A DNA stretch of 63,963 nt, counting the filler, from Lenisia limosa (lineage: Eukaryota > Protista > Breviatea), in the NCBI GenBank assembly GCA_001655205.1. It is 15 parts of 15 records of this genome, joined end to end, with 100 filler letters (N's around TTAATTAATTAA, not from the genome) between each part and the next. Parts side by side here need not be neighbours in the genome. Positions count along the whole stretch, not along the records: positions 12,566 to 15,782 come from LPNZ01006453.1; positions 15,883 to 17,215 come from LPNZ01004680.1; positions 17,316 to 19,323 come from LPNZ01011159.1; positions 19,424 to 24,483 come from LPNZ01005152.1; 11 more parts are not named here. One strand, 5' to 3'. This document shows, piece by piece, positions 12,597-23,092 of this stretch (position 1 is the first letter of the stretch; every line of letters begins with the position of its first letter). The notes under the pieces are model-generated. The model was not told the DNA's origin and did not search any database. It worked only from the letters and a program-made list of their open reading frames with translations. Made by a program: the position numbers and the translations under genes.

Positions 12597-12715
12597 AACG
12601 AAAGTTTTATTTCAGAGGCCTCCTCCCCTCTCGCATAACATATTTATTCCTATATGCTGGAGGAATAAATATGTTATGCGAGAGGGGAGGAGGCCTCTGA
12701 AATAAAACTTTCGTT
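12597..12715. repeat. Perfect inverted repeat: 55-bp arms, 9-nt loop
   Basis: 12597-12651 is the exact reverse complement of 12661-12715; loop ATATGCTGG. Confidence 0.95.
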
Positions 12716-12809
12716 TGGGAAGAACGACAATCATTATCATCTCTGATGCCTGGAGTCCTATTAATAACCAAAAATCCAGGCTTACCTAACACGCACTTCC
12801 GCAGAATCT

Positions 12810-13085
12810 GAATCGTACTCCTGGGGGGTGGTGAGATATAATATCTGAATCGTACTCCTGGGGGGNNNNNNNNNNNNNNNNNNNNNNNNNNNNNNNNNNN
12901 NNNNNNNNNNNNNNNNNNNNNNNNNNNNNNNNNNNNNNNNNNNNNNNNNNNNNNNNNNNNNNNNNNNNNNNNNNNNNNNNNNNNNNNNNNNNNNNNNNNN
13001 NNNNNNNNNNNNNNNNNNNNNNNNTATCGTACCCCTGGGGGGTGGTGAGATATAATATCGTACTCCTGGGGTGGTGAGATATAAT
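12810..13085. repeat. Minisatellite of ~30-33 bp, partly masked
   Basis: Units of ATCGTACTCCTGGGGGGTGGTGAGATATAAT on both sides of the N gap 12866-13024. Confidence 0.8.
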
Positions 13086-13384
13086 ATTCTAGATAAAAAA
13101 TATAAAAAGGTTGTATCTGGCCTAAGCTGTCCACACCATCCAGCTTATAAGAGATATTGGATTATAATTTAATTTGAATTAACACACTGCCTTGGGAAAA
13201 TTAGAAAATTGATGAAACAAAACAAAACCCAAAATCAAGTCTGCTAGCTTAACATTTGCGAAACAAACGAGGATTGAAAACAGAAAAAAAAAAAAAAAAA
13301 AAAANNNNNNNNNNNNNNNNNNNNNNNNNNNNNNNNNNNNNNNNNNNNNNNNNNNNNNNNNNNNNNNNNNNNNNNNNNNNNNNC

Positions 13385-14780
13385 CACCCTATTATGATGA
13401 CTTTGTAGATGAAATTCGTCTCCTGATGATTCTGGGGGAGAAGATGACGGAGCTGGGGGGGATATACCCGAGGTTCCCGGAGTTGAGGACTGGCGATCAT
13501 ATTGGCCGGAAAAAGACGCGCCGGGCTGGGATGGCTTTTCTACCGGGGGGCTGGGTGAGAGTTCTGCGTTTGGCGTTATTTGCGTGGCATTGGGGGAAGG
13601 GACGGGCGATGGGTTAGACATTGCGGGCTCAGAGGGGGTACCCGGGTGCTCTGGGTGGGCTTCTGACATTTCAGAGTCGTTTGTTCCTGTTTTGTAAGAC
13701 ATCATATAGAATCCTTAGTTAACACCGACAGCAAGAAGTACTAAGACAGATACTGAACTAACTTTAGTTAAAGAGACCGGGATAACTCGTGACCTATTTC
13801 CCTTGTGAATTCACACGGCAAATCGGTCAAGACTTATCCTGGTCACTGTATTTTGTATCATATACACTCAATATGTTGACCCATATCCACCAGTGATATG
13901 ATCATATGACCGACTTTCAAGACGAAATGATGAACGAAGATAACACGAGGGTTCATCCCGAGTGTATCAGAGTATCATATCCCATTACTCAGTCTATACA
14001 GCAACACAACATCGCATTATTCAGTCTATGCAGTATCACCATATCTAGGGCTTCACGTCAGTTCGAAAAAGATCGGAAAAATATCGATAGTTTTCGAGGA
14101 TTTATCAAAATATTTAGTCTTATTTGGAACTGAAGTGAAGCCCCAACCACATCCCATTACTCAGTCTATGAGGCAACACCACATCCCATTACTCAGTCTA
14201 TGCAGCATTACCACACCACATCCCATTACTCCTATGCAGCAACAACAGAACAAAAAATATTCCCACAAAAAAACGCATAAACAGGATGGGAAGAGAGGTG
14301 AATGGAGAGAAGGCCAGCGGAGACGACCAATAACCAAGCCCACGCTGAAACGATCCGCTTAATACGCCGCTTGAGGCATCATTGTCAACAAGAAGCTGGG
14401 TCCCACGGGTTCCCTGTTTAGCCTGCTAAGGTGATCCAAGAGGAAGTCGAAGCAATGCTGTTATTCAAGGGATCTGAGGGAGGGCTATGGGACGTTGGCC
14501 GATTCCTACGTTAATGAAGGTCAGAACGGGACCTTATACGGCATACCTTAACCTAGCAGAGCGATGAGCACGATATGTATCAAACTAAAATGGCGAATAT
14601 CTTTGGGACTGATACTGGCTGACTATGGGATACGGTTTGTTAAGCGTAGTTCGTCATAAAGAGGCATGTTTCTCAATCATCAGAACACTTATAAAGAGAT
14701 ATAATGGCGGGGGGACAGAATTAAGTTGTCCCCTTCCTCCACTTCCTCTTTGTCGACCGACCTTGCCACGGAAAATATTA
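13385..14780 (-). CDS. Uncharacterised protein with a Pro/Ser-rich exon, partial
   Basis: Long minus-strand exon GTNDSEMSEAHPEHPGTPSEPAMSNPSPVPSP... (13385-13690) plus short upstream candidate exons. Confidence 0.5.
14046..14145. mobile_element. hAT MITE family A copy nested in a family D tandem
   Basis: Flanks ACCATATC / ACCACATC (7/8). It sits inside repeats of ATCCCATTACTCAGTCTATG. Confidence 0.85.
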
Positions 14781-15177
14781 TTCTATTATACAGCAAATAT
14801 ATTAATATATTACAGTTCCTCCGTTCCTCCACAAACACGAACTGTCCCTCCCCTGCAAGTCCCCCGTCCCCCTCCTCCACAGCTCCACATCCAGAGAGAA
14901 TATTGGTCGTTATCCGCAGAAGGAGGAGAGGTATACAGTTTCTTTANNNNNNNNNNNNNNNNNNNNNNNNNNNNNNNNNNNNNNNNNNNNNNNNNNNNNN
15001 NNNNNNNNNNNNNNNNNNNNNNNNNNNNNNNNNNNNNNNNNNNNNNNNNNNNNNNNNNNNNNNNNNNNNNNNNNNNCTTCAATGACAGCTCCAATCAATT
15101 AATAAAAAACCGAAAAACTAAATCAAACACAAAGAAACAAGACACGAACAAGAAGATACCAGAACACAAAGAAGGCA

Positions 15178-15497
15178 TTAGAGCTTCTTGACGATCTGAA
15201 TGATATCCTCGTCCTGGAGCACGTGATCCTTTCCCACTCGCTGGGGGTTGTGTTTGACGCTTGTTCCCCACACCATGGCACTAAAGGAAGTCAGAAACCG
15301 GAATGACAACATGGAGAGAAGAAAGAATAAAAGCATGGGGGTGGGGTGAAGAAATGAAATAATCTTTCAAATACAAGAGTGGTTTATCCCTCGCACTATT
15401 TAAACTCGTCAATCATAGTCTTATGCAGCTGCTGGCAGAAGCTCTCCACAGTTTTGCTTCCTCCTCTCAGCACAACAGGTGCTGAGTAATCCGGAAC
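15178..15497 (-). CDS. DRG1: Developmentally regulated GTP-binding protein 1, last two exons (TGS domain)
   Basis: [34 protein letters not shown] / [33 protein letters not shown]. This matches the DRG1-type SVKHNPQ.VGKDH motif. Exons 15497-15397 and 15280-15178. Confidence 0.92.
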
Positions 15498-16030
15498 CTG
15501 AAGGAAATTTGGATGAATAATGGCGTAAAGGTAAATGTAAATATGCAATATTTATGAACAAAACAAAACCCAGAAACGAACCAATCCCCCTTTTTAATAC
15601 TTATCCCCTTTCTATTTACACATAACAATTTGAGAAACACACTAGGGTTAATTAAAAACAACAAAACAAACAATACCCAGGCCAATCGCTTCTGCATTTA
15701 TGAAACAAAAAACACTGTTCAAACACACAAAGGTTGAAAAAAGAAAGCCCACACACAAAGGTTGAAAAAAGAAAGCCCACACNNNNNNNNNNNNNNNNNN
15801 NNNNNNNNNNNNNNNNNNNNNNNNNNTTAATTAATTAANNNNNNNNNNNNNNNNNNNNNNNNNNNNNNNNNNNNNNNNNNNNTTTTCCTGTCCCTCTCTG
15901 TATGTTTATTTAAATAGTATCATATGATATCATATATTATACTATGTAATGTTACACACCACCTCCGACATTACAAAAAGGTTACTCATAAAGTCCTTGA
16001 CAACCACAAACGTTACTAAAAACTTAGATC

Positions 16031-17214
16031 CGGAGCAATGTCGAAGGCAGAATGCAGCTGCAACCAGGGCTTTGAACAGGCCAGCGCGGAGTGTGTTGAG
16101 TGTCCAGAAGGCGGATACTGTGCTGGCGGGTCAAGCCCTTCTGTTGCTGAAGAGGGTTTTTATTCCCAGGAGGTGGGCAAACCTTCCTTTAATGGCAGTC
16201 CTTCCTTTTATAGCAGTCATAACCTTCCTTTTATGGTAACTTGACCTCCAGAACGGCACGTATGTTTCCTGTCCCTATGGCGGCGCATGCATGAGGGGTG
16301 GCGGATGCTATGACGGATATCACGGCTTCGTATGCGGCGACTGTGAGGACGGCTTCTACCGATTACGCGAAACCTGCATTGCATGCGCGTCGTGGGGCAA
16401 GTTGCTGCTTCCACTCATGGCGGTCATGGCTGCCCTTCTCGTTATGGTAAGTTGCCATTTTAGGCAAGTTTGGTTGACTATCAGGTTATTTTCGCCTTGT
16501 CAGTACGACCAACCGTTTCTTCAAGATGGGCTAGTCTCAGAATTCTGGTTTCCTTCTTGCAGGTTTGTTGCTGTTTTTCTAGAATTATTTTATGGTGTTA
16601 TTGTAACTCCTCTCCAAATCTTCTTTCCTATATGGCATATCCATTAATTTCCTTTCCTTATACGGCGTTACATCTAACCGGACAGGCGTCCGCGTTGTAT
16701 GCGGAGTTCGAGGTTTCCTGGCCGACCGAGGTCAAATCCGTCCTGGATGTATTCGCCATCATGAACTTCAATTTCCAAGTGGGGGGGNNNNNNNNNNNNN
16801 NNNNNNNNNNNNNNNNNNNNNNNNNNNNNNNNNNNNNNNNNNNNNNNNNNNNNNNNNNNNNNNNNNNNNNNNNNNNNNNNNNNNNNNNNNNNNNNNNNNN
16901 NNNNNNNNNNNNNNNNNNNNNNNNNNNNNNNNNNNNNNNNNNNNNNNTCTGTGGGGGATGTGAACTTGCAGGCTTTGGCCAATGAGCAATTATCAGTAAC
17001 AATACAACCTTCTTTTATCCTGTTTTCTTTCTGAAGATATAAACTTTTTATTTGGTGTTGTACTATTTCTGAAATTAAATTGTTGCTAACAATCTTCTTT
17101 CTGGATCGGAGTGAAGCCTTAGTCATAGCTGACAATCACCAGGTATCATCGCCCGAATGCTCATTGGACCGCCAACTTGGCTACAGCTCTATTCTGCTCT
17201 TTGCGGTATGCTGG
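16031..17214 (+). CDS. Cys-rich ectodomain, multi-pass membrane protein, partial
   Basis: Exons ECSCNQGFEQASAECVECPEGGYCAGG, CPYGGACMRGGGCYDGYHGFVCGDCEDGFYRLRETCIAC + TM, LRILVSFLQ, EFEVSWPTEVKSVLDVFAIMNFNFQ, SSPECSL. Confidence 0.8.
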
Positions 17215-18599
17215 GNNNNNNNNNNNNNNNNNNNNNNNNNNNNNNNNNNNNNNNNNNNNTTAATTAATTAANNNNNNNNNNNNNNNNNNNNNNNNNNNNN
17301 NNNNNNNNNNNNNNNGCATCTAGTCCTCTCTCTAATCATCATTGTATTTTTTGTATTGTTTCGTTTCTCTTTTCTTCTTTGATAGAAAAACGTTTTTCTA
17401 TACTTGCAAAAATACGCAAGCAGCAGGAGTGGCACTCTTGCACATGCACCCATCACATTGTACGTTTTCGTCTTTGTAGCCATGTTCCTTTTGGGATTCA
17501 CATTTATGTGCTTCCTTTTACCCAATGGTGCTTATTCGCACCTCCCCCCCCCCCTCCTCNNNNNNNNNNNNNNNNNNNNNNNNNNNNNNNNNNNNNNNNN
17601 NNNNNNNNNNNNNNNNNNNNNNNNNNNNNNNNNNNNNNNNNNNNNNNNNNNNNNNNNNNNNNNNNNNNNNNNNNNNNNNNNNNNNNNNNGGCAAGCAGCG
17701 AATTGGCTACTCGCAAATGCACCCACCACATTGTGCGATTTCGTCTTTGCACTTGCCATGTTCCTTTTCGGATTCACATTTATGTGTTTCCTTTTACCCA
17801 ATGGTGCTTATTAGCACCCCCCCCCCTGGTGACGCCATCCTTCCCTAGCTCTAATCATTGAATTTTTTGTATCCCTAAACTTTACCCCTCATACCTTCAC
17901 CTATTCGATTAACAACAATTAAATATCATCCCTATTACATTATTATGTGGGTGAAACCCGTAAAACGGTTTGCACTCCAAGTGCCCAGATCACTCAGCGC
18001 CACCACAGAAGAGATCACCATCATCCTCCTCACCATTCCCATCACCGTACCCTAGACCACGCCGCCTCCGACCCCGGACACCCGACTTCGACTTTGACAT
18101 CGCCAGGGGGGTCATCTAGGATGTCCGTCGTTCCTGGCATACCTCACCTCCCACCGCCTCACTAACCACCTTTGTCTTCCAGCCTCACCCATAACCACCC
18201 TACCGACTTTACCTTTTCTTTCCCTCATACCTCCACCTATTCGATTTATAACAATTGAATACCATCCCTATTACATTATTATGTGAAAGGTGAAACCCAT
18301 AAAACGGTTTGCACTCTAAATGCCCAGATCACCCGCCGCGTCACCACAGAAGTGATCACCATCCCGCCGCCTCGCTCTAGTCTGTTTACCCACTGCCCAT
18401 CACCGCCGCTCTCCTACGTATCGTTTTTATCTTTGTTTTACTGAATGTTTTTTTCGATAACTACATTTTTTGTCTTATCAATTCACCGCTATACCCCTGG
18501 TACAGCCCGGTATCGTGTAGAGACGACCCAATCACCCCATTATTGGCCCAAACCGGACACAAAACGGCCCTTTTGGTAATGGGATCTACCTCTTCTTAG

Positions 18600-19017
18600 A
18601 ATTTGCGATTTTCTGTGGACTGTTTCTTTGTGTAGTCAACAACTGGATCTCTATGATCCTAGTTTCAATAGAGTCTTTACTGCAAAAAAGCGACATATAA
18701 ACTATACCCTCTCCCCCTCTTCACATCATTGCCCCCCCCTTACGGTTCTCGGTAATGATCTCCACGCCAAAGTTGTCGGCCTTATCATGGACAAAACGCG
18801 AAAAGTGACCCAATGCTTGCAGAATCTTTCAAGTGAAGAGTAGTAAGAAAACAATTTCGGATCAGAAATGAAGGTTTGAGAAGGTAAACGCGAGGGAATT
18901 GCTTTAAAAGAGAACCAACCTGTACTGGAGGGTGGTCATGGAAGGCGGTTGAGAGGTCTTTGAACCGCATTACGATGACACAGCAGTTGTTCTTCGGCGA
19001 GAGCAGCGTTTTACCCT
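18600..19017 (-). CDS. 3' exons of an unidentified protein
   Basis: Exons GKTLLSPKNNCCVIVMRFKDLSTAFHDHPPVQ and ILQALGHFSRFVHDKADNFGVEIITEN with GT-AG boundaries. Confidence 0.5.
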
Positions 19018-19423
19018 GGGAGGGGGAGGGTCATTTTTGTAGAATTGTTGAGTCTGCGTATTTAAGACTTGTAATGTTTCTATATATCGATATGTTATAT
19101 ATGATATGTTAGTTCATTATTTTAAAATATAGCAATGAGAAATAAAAAAAATAAGGTTGTATCTGGCCGATTTTTAGTCAGATCAGGTCTTTGACCGGAG
19201 AAAAAACAAAACGGTGGGTTATGTATGAAATATATATATATAGATATACTATATCGATATAGTATACTATATGATATTATATTATATTATATGTTATAAT
19301 ATTGCTCAATATTACGACATACTNNNNNNNNNNNNNNNNNNNNNNNNNNNNNNNNNNNNNNNNNNNNTTAATTAATTAANNNNNNNNNNNNNNNNNNNNN
19401 NNNNNNNNNNNNNNNNNNNNNNN

Positions 19424-19545
19424 AGTGAGGTAGTTACTCTTTAGTTGCTAACTCTAGGGAACAAAGAAGCCACTTAAAACGGCTTATATGGAATCAACTT
19501 ATGCAAAATTAAAGGCTTGTGCAACGGTTACCGGTGTTGGCTACA
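19424..19545 (-). other. attC-like site E (R'' half; remainder uncertain or truncated)
   Basis: Minus strand TGTAGCCAAC-ACCG; the same AAC-ACCG spacer start as sites A and B. Confidence 0.55.
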
Positions 19546-19599
19546 GTATTTCTAATTCAACAAATTCAAGTAAATTTTATTAATTCATTTAAAAACACT

Positions 19600-19607
19600 T
19601 ATTTTTG
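19600..19607 (+). promoter_or_regulatory. Candidate Bacteroidota sigma70 -7 element (TAnnTTTG)
   Basis: TATTTTTG 21 nt upstream of the ATG at 19629. No clear -33 TTTG seen. Confidence 0.4.
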
Positions 19608-19628
19608 ACTTCGTCGAATTTAAGTTAT

Positions 19629-20149
19629 ATGAAAAAAATCATTCTATTATTAGTAATTATATTATTTGTTTCATGTTCAAGCGATGATTCAAATGGTGAT
19701 TCGTCTCAACATTATGTGAAATTTCAAGATTTATTTGATACATATTGGTTTTACGATGACATAGTATATACTCTTGAGGATGATAGTGTTATTGTAGTAG
19801 AGCGTGAAACTTGCGAATCTGAATCATGGTTTCATATTGGGACAGGAGCACTTTCTGGTGTATATTCTTTTATGGATGATGGAAATGGAGGATGTGAGCC
19901 ATTTGGTGGGACAAGTTTTGTATTTGCTTTCTATGACCAAGATAATGGTTTTTTTGAGGTTCATTTTAATGATTTTATTAATGATACTNNNNNNNNNNNN
20001 NNNNNNNNNNNNNNNNNNNNNNNNNNNNNNNNNNNNNNNNNNNNNNNNNNNNNNTCGCTGATGGAATGCTTTGGGATGAGACAGATCCTGATGAAATATA
20101 TTTGGGCCAGAACGTTATTAGAAAACAGTTTTTCTTTAGAAGGAGATAA
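19629..20149 (+). CDS. Bacteroidota lipoprotein, hypothetical
   Basis: MKKIILLLVIILFVSC|SSDDS lipobox. There is an N gap at 19989-20054; the acidic frame after it (ADGMLWDETDPDEIYLGQ...RRR*) is the more plausible continuation, giving a stop at 20147-20149. Confidence 0.75.
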
Positions 20150-20212
20150 TCTCAGTTCAAAACCTCATATTATCTATAACTGAATCAGTTCATTTTTTTT
20201 TATTTTATTGTA

Positions 20213-20404
20213 GCCCAACGTGTTTGTATATGGCTCGTAGCGTGTAAATTAGCGATAACTATTCGGTTAAGCACGAGCCGAATTTTTTAATTTTCTTATT
20301 ACCTTTTTTTCAATGAGCCAAATTAAAAAATTTGGCGGACTTGCAAATATGCCTTAACTTCGATTAATCAACTTACTAGCTATGAGCTATATACGGTGTT
20401 GAGC
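20213..20404 (-). other. attC-like site A (192 bp)
   Basis: R'' GCTCAAC (fits RYYYAAC) and R' GTTGGGC (fits GTTRRRY). Inner arms GTATATAGCTCATAGC / GCTACGAGCCATATAC pair at 14/16. Confidence 0.75.
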
Positions 20405-20408
20405 AACG

Positions 20409-22934
20409 TTATTTTTTAATTATTTTTCTTGTAACTTGAACGTTGTTGGGATAATTCATTTTTATCAAATAAATTCCTGGTGCCAAGAATTCTAAATTTA
20501 TATTATTTTCTTGATAATCGCTTTTTGAGAATATTTTTTTTCCATCGATGGTATAGATTTCGAAGCTCAAACTGTTTTGTTCTGTTGTGCTGCTCCAATT
20601 CAAGGTATTTGAAAATGGCACCGGATAAAAGGTGAAACCATCCGTATTAGTTTCTTGTTCTACGATTGCTAAAGTTGAGCTATTTAATAAATAATCTATA
20701 CCTCTTTTATCCCAATAACTGGTTACTATATCAGGTTTATTATCATTATTAAGATCTTCTAAAATTATATCTCTATCTAAACTATAATAACCTCGGTTGT
20801 CAACATAAACTTTTGATTGAAAACTAGTGCCATCATTTAAATAATAAAAAATAGTATCTTCTAAATTTTGTCCCGGATGTGAAGAGGATGCACAAATTAA
20901 ATCTTTATAACCGTTATTGTCAATGTCCGTAAAAGTTACTGCTGATACTGTTGTTCCTGAATTATCAATATAACTATTATTCCCAATAAGACTTCCTTGA
21001 TTATTTTTAATTAGTATAGTAACAAAATAGGAAGCCTGATTATCATAACGATCATTATATAGTATTATATCCCCAAAATTATCATTGTCAATATCTTCAA
21101 CATGTATTTTCTTATCTCTATAGGGTACAGTATTCCCGTTACTAGTGGCATCTTCAAATGTAAAATTTGCAGAGCCATCATTTCTCATTATTTTAATGGT
21201 AGAAACAGTACTTGAACTTAAAATGACATCGATATCTCCGTCATTATCAACATCGTTTTGGTCCATGTCAAAAATTCTGTAATATTGTGGTCCTACTGAT
21301 CCAATGTGTAATGGAATGTCAATAATTTGTAAAGCACCAAATGTATTGTTATTTAACCTCTTAATGAAACCTATATGATGTTCAATACTACTAGTAGGAA
21401 TAGAAACCAAAACATCTTTTAAATTATCTCCATCAAAATCAGCATATATAGGATTTCTAAATGACGATGTTGGCGAATATTGAAATGTTTGATCTGTAAA
21501 TGTCTCGTCATTATTATTGGTTAAAATTGAAATATAGTTATAACTAAAGCCTATAATATCTTTGTATCCATCATTATTTATGTCTTCAATTATAATATCG
21601 ATAAAGTTCTGGTAAGTTGTGTTGTTGTTTGATGAAATAATCTTATAAGAACTGAATTCTGTACCATAATTTTCAAACCAAATGATGTCGTTACAGGCAA
21701 CAATAATGTCATTTTTATTGTCGTTGTTTAAATCCGCAATTTTAATCTTATTAGGATTACCATAATAATGATTAATAATGATTTCTTGAAAAACTGTACC
21801 ATTTCCTTCATTTTTAAACAACGATAATTTTCGCTCAATTGAGGATGGATTAGAACTAGATATTATATCTTTGAGACCATCATTATCAATATCCTCAATC
21901 GAAAAAGATTTTGAATTATATAGCGTATTAGAAATAAGATTTGAGCTACTAAAATTTCCATTTCCAAGATTTCTGTACCAGCTCAAGTTGTCATTTGTCC
22001 AAAAGGAAACTATGATATCGTCTTTTCCATCATTATCAATATCCTTAACATCTACTTGATAAGGGTCTTGTATAGAGTTATCTATAATAATGGGATTATC
22101 GTTATCAAAAGAGTTGCCGTTTTGATTCAAGATATATCTAACATTATCTGCGCTATAGTTATTTGCAGTTACAATATCTAAATATCCATCTTCATTGGCA
22201 TCAATGAAATCTAAAGCCGAACCACTATCTGAAGAACCAGTTATATATTCTCTGTTACCGAAAGTATTATTTCCCAAATTTTTTGCCCAATATATTGAAC
22301 CATCAGAATGGCTTGATATGATATCACTTAAACCATCGTTGTCTAAATCAACAGATTTTACTTGTCTTGTATAATAATTACCATCGTATATTGTTAACGG
22401 ATTTTGAAATGTGCCATCATTATTGTTTTCTAAAAGAATTACAGTATCAGTTTGACCTCCTGTTAATAAGTCGATATCTCCATCGTTATCAATATCTATT
22501 GTTTCTATGGATGATGCTCCATTTATAGAGTTTGCAATTAATATTTCAGTCGAAAAATTTCCGCTTCCTAAATTTTCAAACCAAAATATTTTGTCTTCTA
22601 CAGAATCATTTATTACTATTAAATCTAAAAGTCCATCATTGTTCAAATCTGCTGTGGTAATATATTTAGGAATGTCAATTTGGTTTAGAGATATAAAATT
22701 GCTTTGAAAATGCCTAAAGTCACCATTAACGTTTTTATACCACATGATTTTATCATCGTAAGTAGTAATAATTAGGTCTTTCCAGTTGTCATTATCTAAA
22801 TCTGCGATTGCTATGGAATTTATGTCAGATGGATTGTGAATATCATCAATTAGCGTTGTTCTATCTTGGAAACTAATTTGGGAAAAAGTTAAAAAATGAG
22901 AAACTATCAGTAAAAGTGTAATTTTAATTTTCAT
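20409..22934 (-). CDS. T9SS type A sorting domain protein with FG-GAP/VCBS repeats
   Basis: Signal peptide; 14 DxDxDGxxD-type motifs, consistent with two 7-bladed propellers; C-terminal FYPVPFSN...IYTIDGK...LAPGIYLIK...KIIKK CTD signature. Confidence 0.92.
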   Translation of the reverse strand: MKIKITLLLIVSHFLTFSQISFQDRTTLIDDIHNPSDINSIAIADLDNDNWKDLIITTYDDKIMWYKNVNGDFRHFQSNFISLNQIDIPKYITTADLNNDGLLDLIVINDSVEDKIFWFENLGSGNFSTEILIANSINGASSIETIDIDNDGDIDLLTGGQTDTVILLENNNDGTFQNPLTIYDGNYYTRQVKSVDLDNDGLSDIISSHSDGSIYWAKNLGNNTFGNREYITGSSDSGSALDFIDANEDGYLDIVTANNYSADNVRYILNQNGNSFDNDNPIIIDNSIQDPYQVDVKDIDNDGKDDIIVSFWTNDNLSWYRNLGNGNFSSSNLISNTLYNSKSFSIEDIDNDGLKDIISSSNPSSIERKLSLFKNEGNGTVFQEIIINHYYGNPNKIKIADLNNDNKNDIIVACNDIIWFENYGTEFSSYKIISSNNNTTYQNFIDIIIEDINNDGYKDIIGFSYNYISILTNNNDETFTDQTFQYSPTSSFRNPIYADFDGDNLKDVLVSIPTSSIEHHIGFIKRLNNNTFGALQIIDIPLHIGSVGPQYYRIFDMDQNDVDNDGDIDVILSSSTVSTIKIMRNDGSANFTFEDATSNGNTVPYRDKKIHVEDIDNDNFGDIILYNDRYDNQASYFVTILIKNNQGSLIGNNSYIDNSGTTVSAVTFTDIDNNGYKDLICASSSHPGQNLEDTIFYYLNDGTSFQSKVYVDNRGYYSLDRDIILEDLNNDNKPDIVTSYWDKRGIDYLLNSSTLAIVEQETNTDGFTFYPVPFSNTLNWSSTTEQNSLSFEIYTIDGKKIFSKSDYQENNINLEFLAPGIYLIKMNYPNNVQVTRKIIKK

Positions 22935-22953
22935 ATTTTTTTGGTTTAATGTT

Positions 22954-23085
22954 GTACAACGTGTTTGTGTATGATTTCGTTGCGTGTTTCAGCAACTAAA
23001 TTAGCAAATACAAACCGAATAGAAAATCCGCGAGGATTTTCGTAAGTAGGCAAGTACTAGCAATGAATTATACACGGTGTTACCC
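22954..23085 (-). other. attC-like site B (132 bp)
   Basis: R'' GGGTAAC-ACCGTGTATAATTCATTGC ... GCAACGAAATCATACAC-AAACAC-GTTGTAC R'; central GAAAATCC-N4-GGATTTTC stem. Confidence 0.75.
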
Positions 23086-23092
23086 AACGTTT

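Noticed and set aside
20160-20208. Intrinsic terminator after the plus-strand lipoprotein (AACTG-AAT-CAGTT then a T run)
   Set aside because: The 5-bp AT-rich stem is too weak to call.
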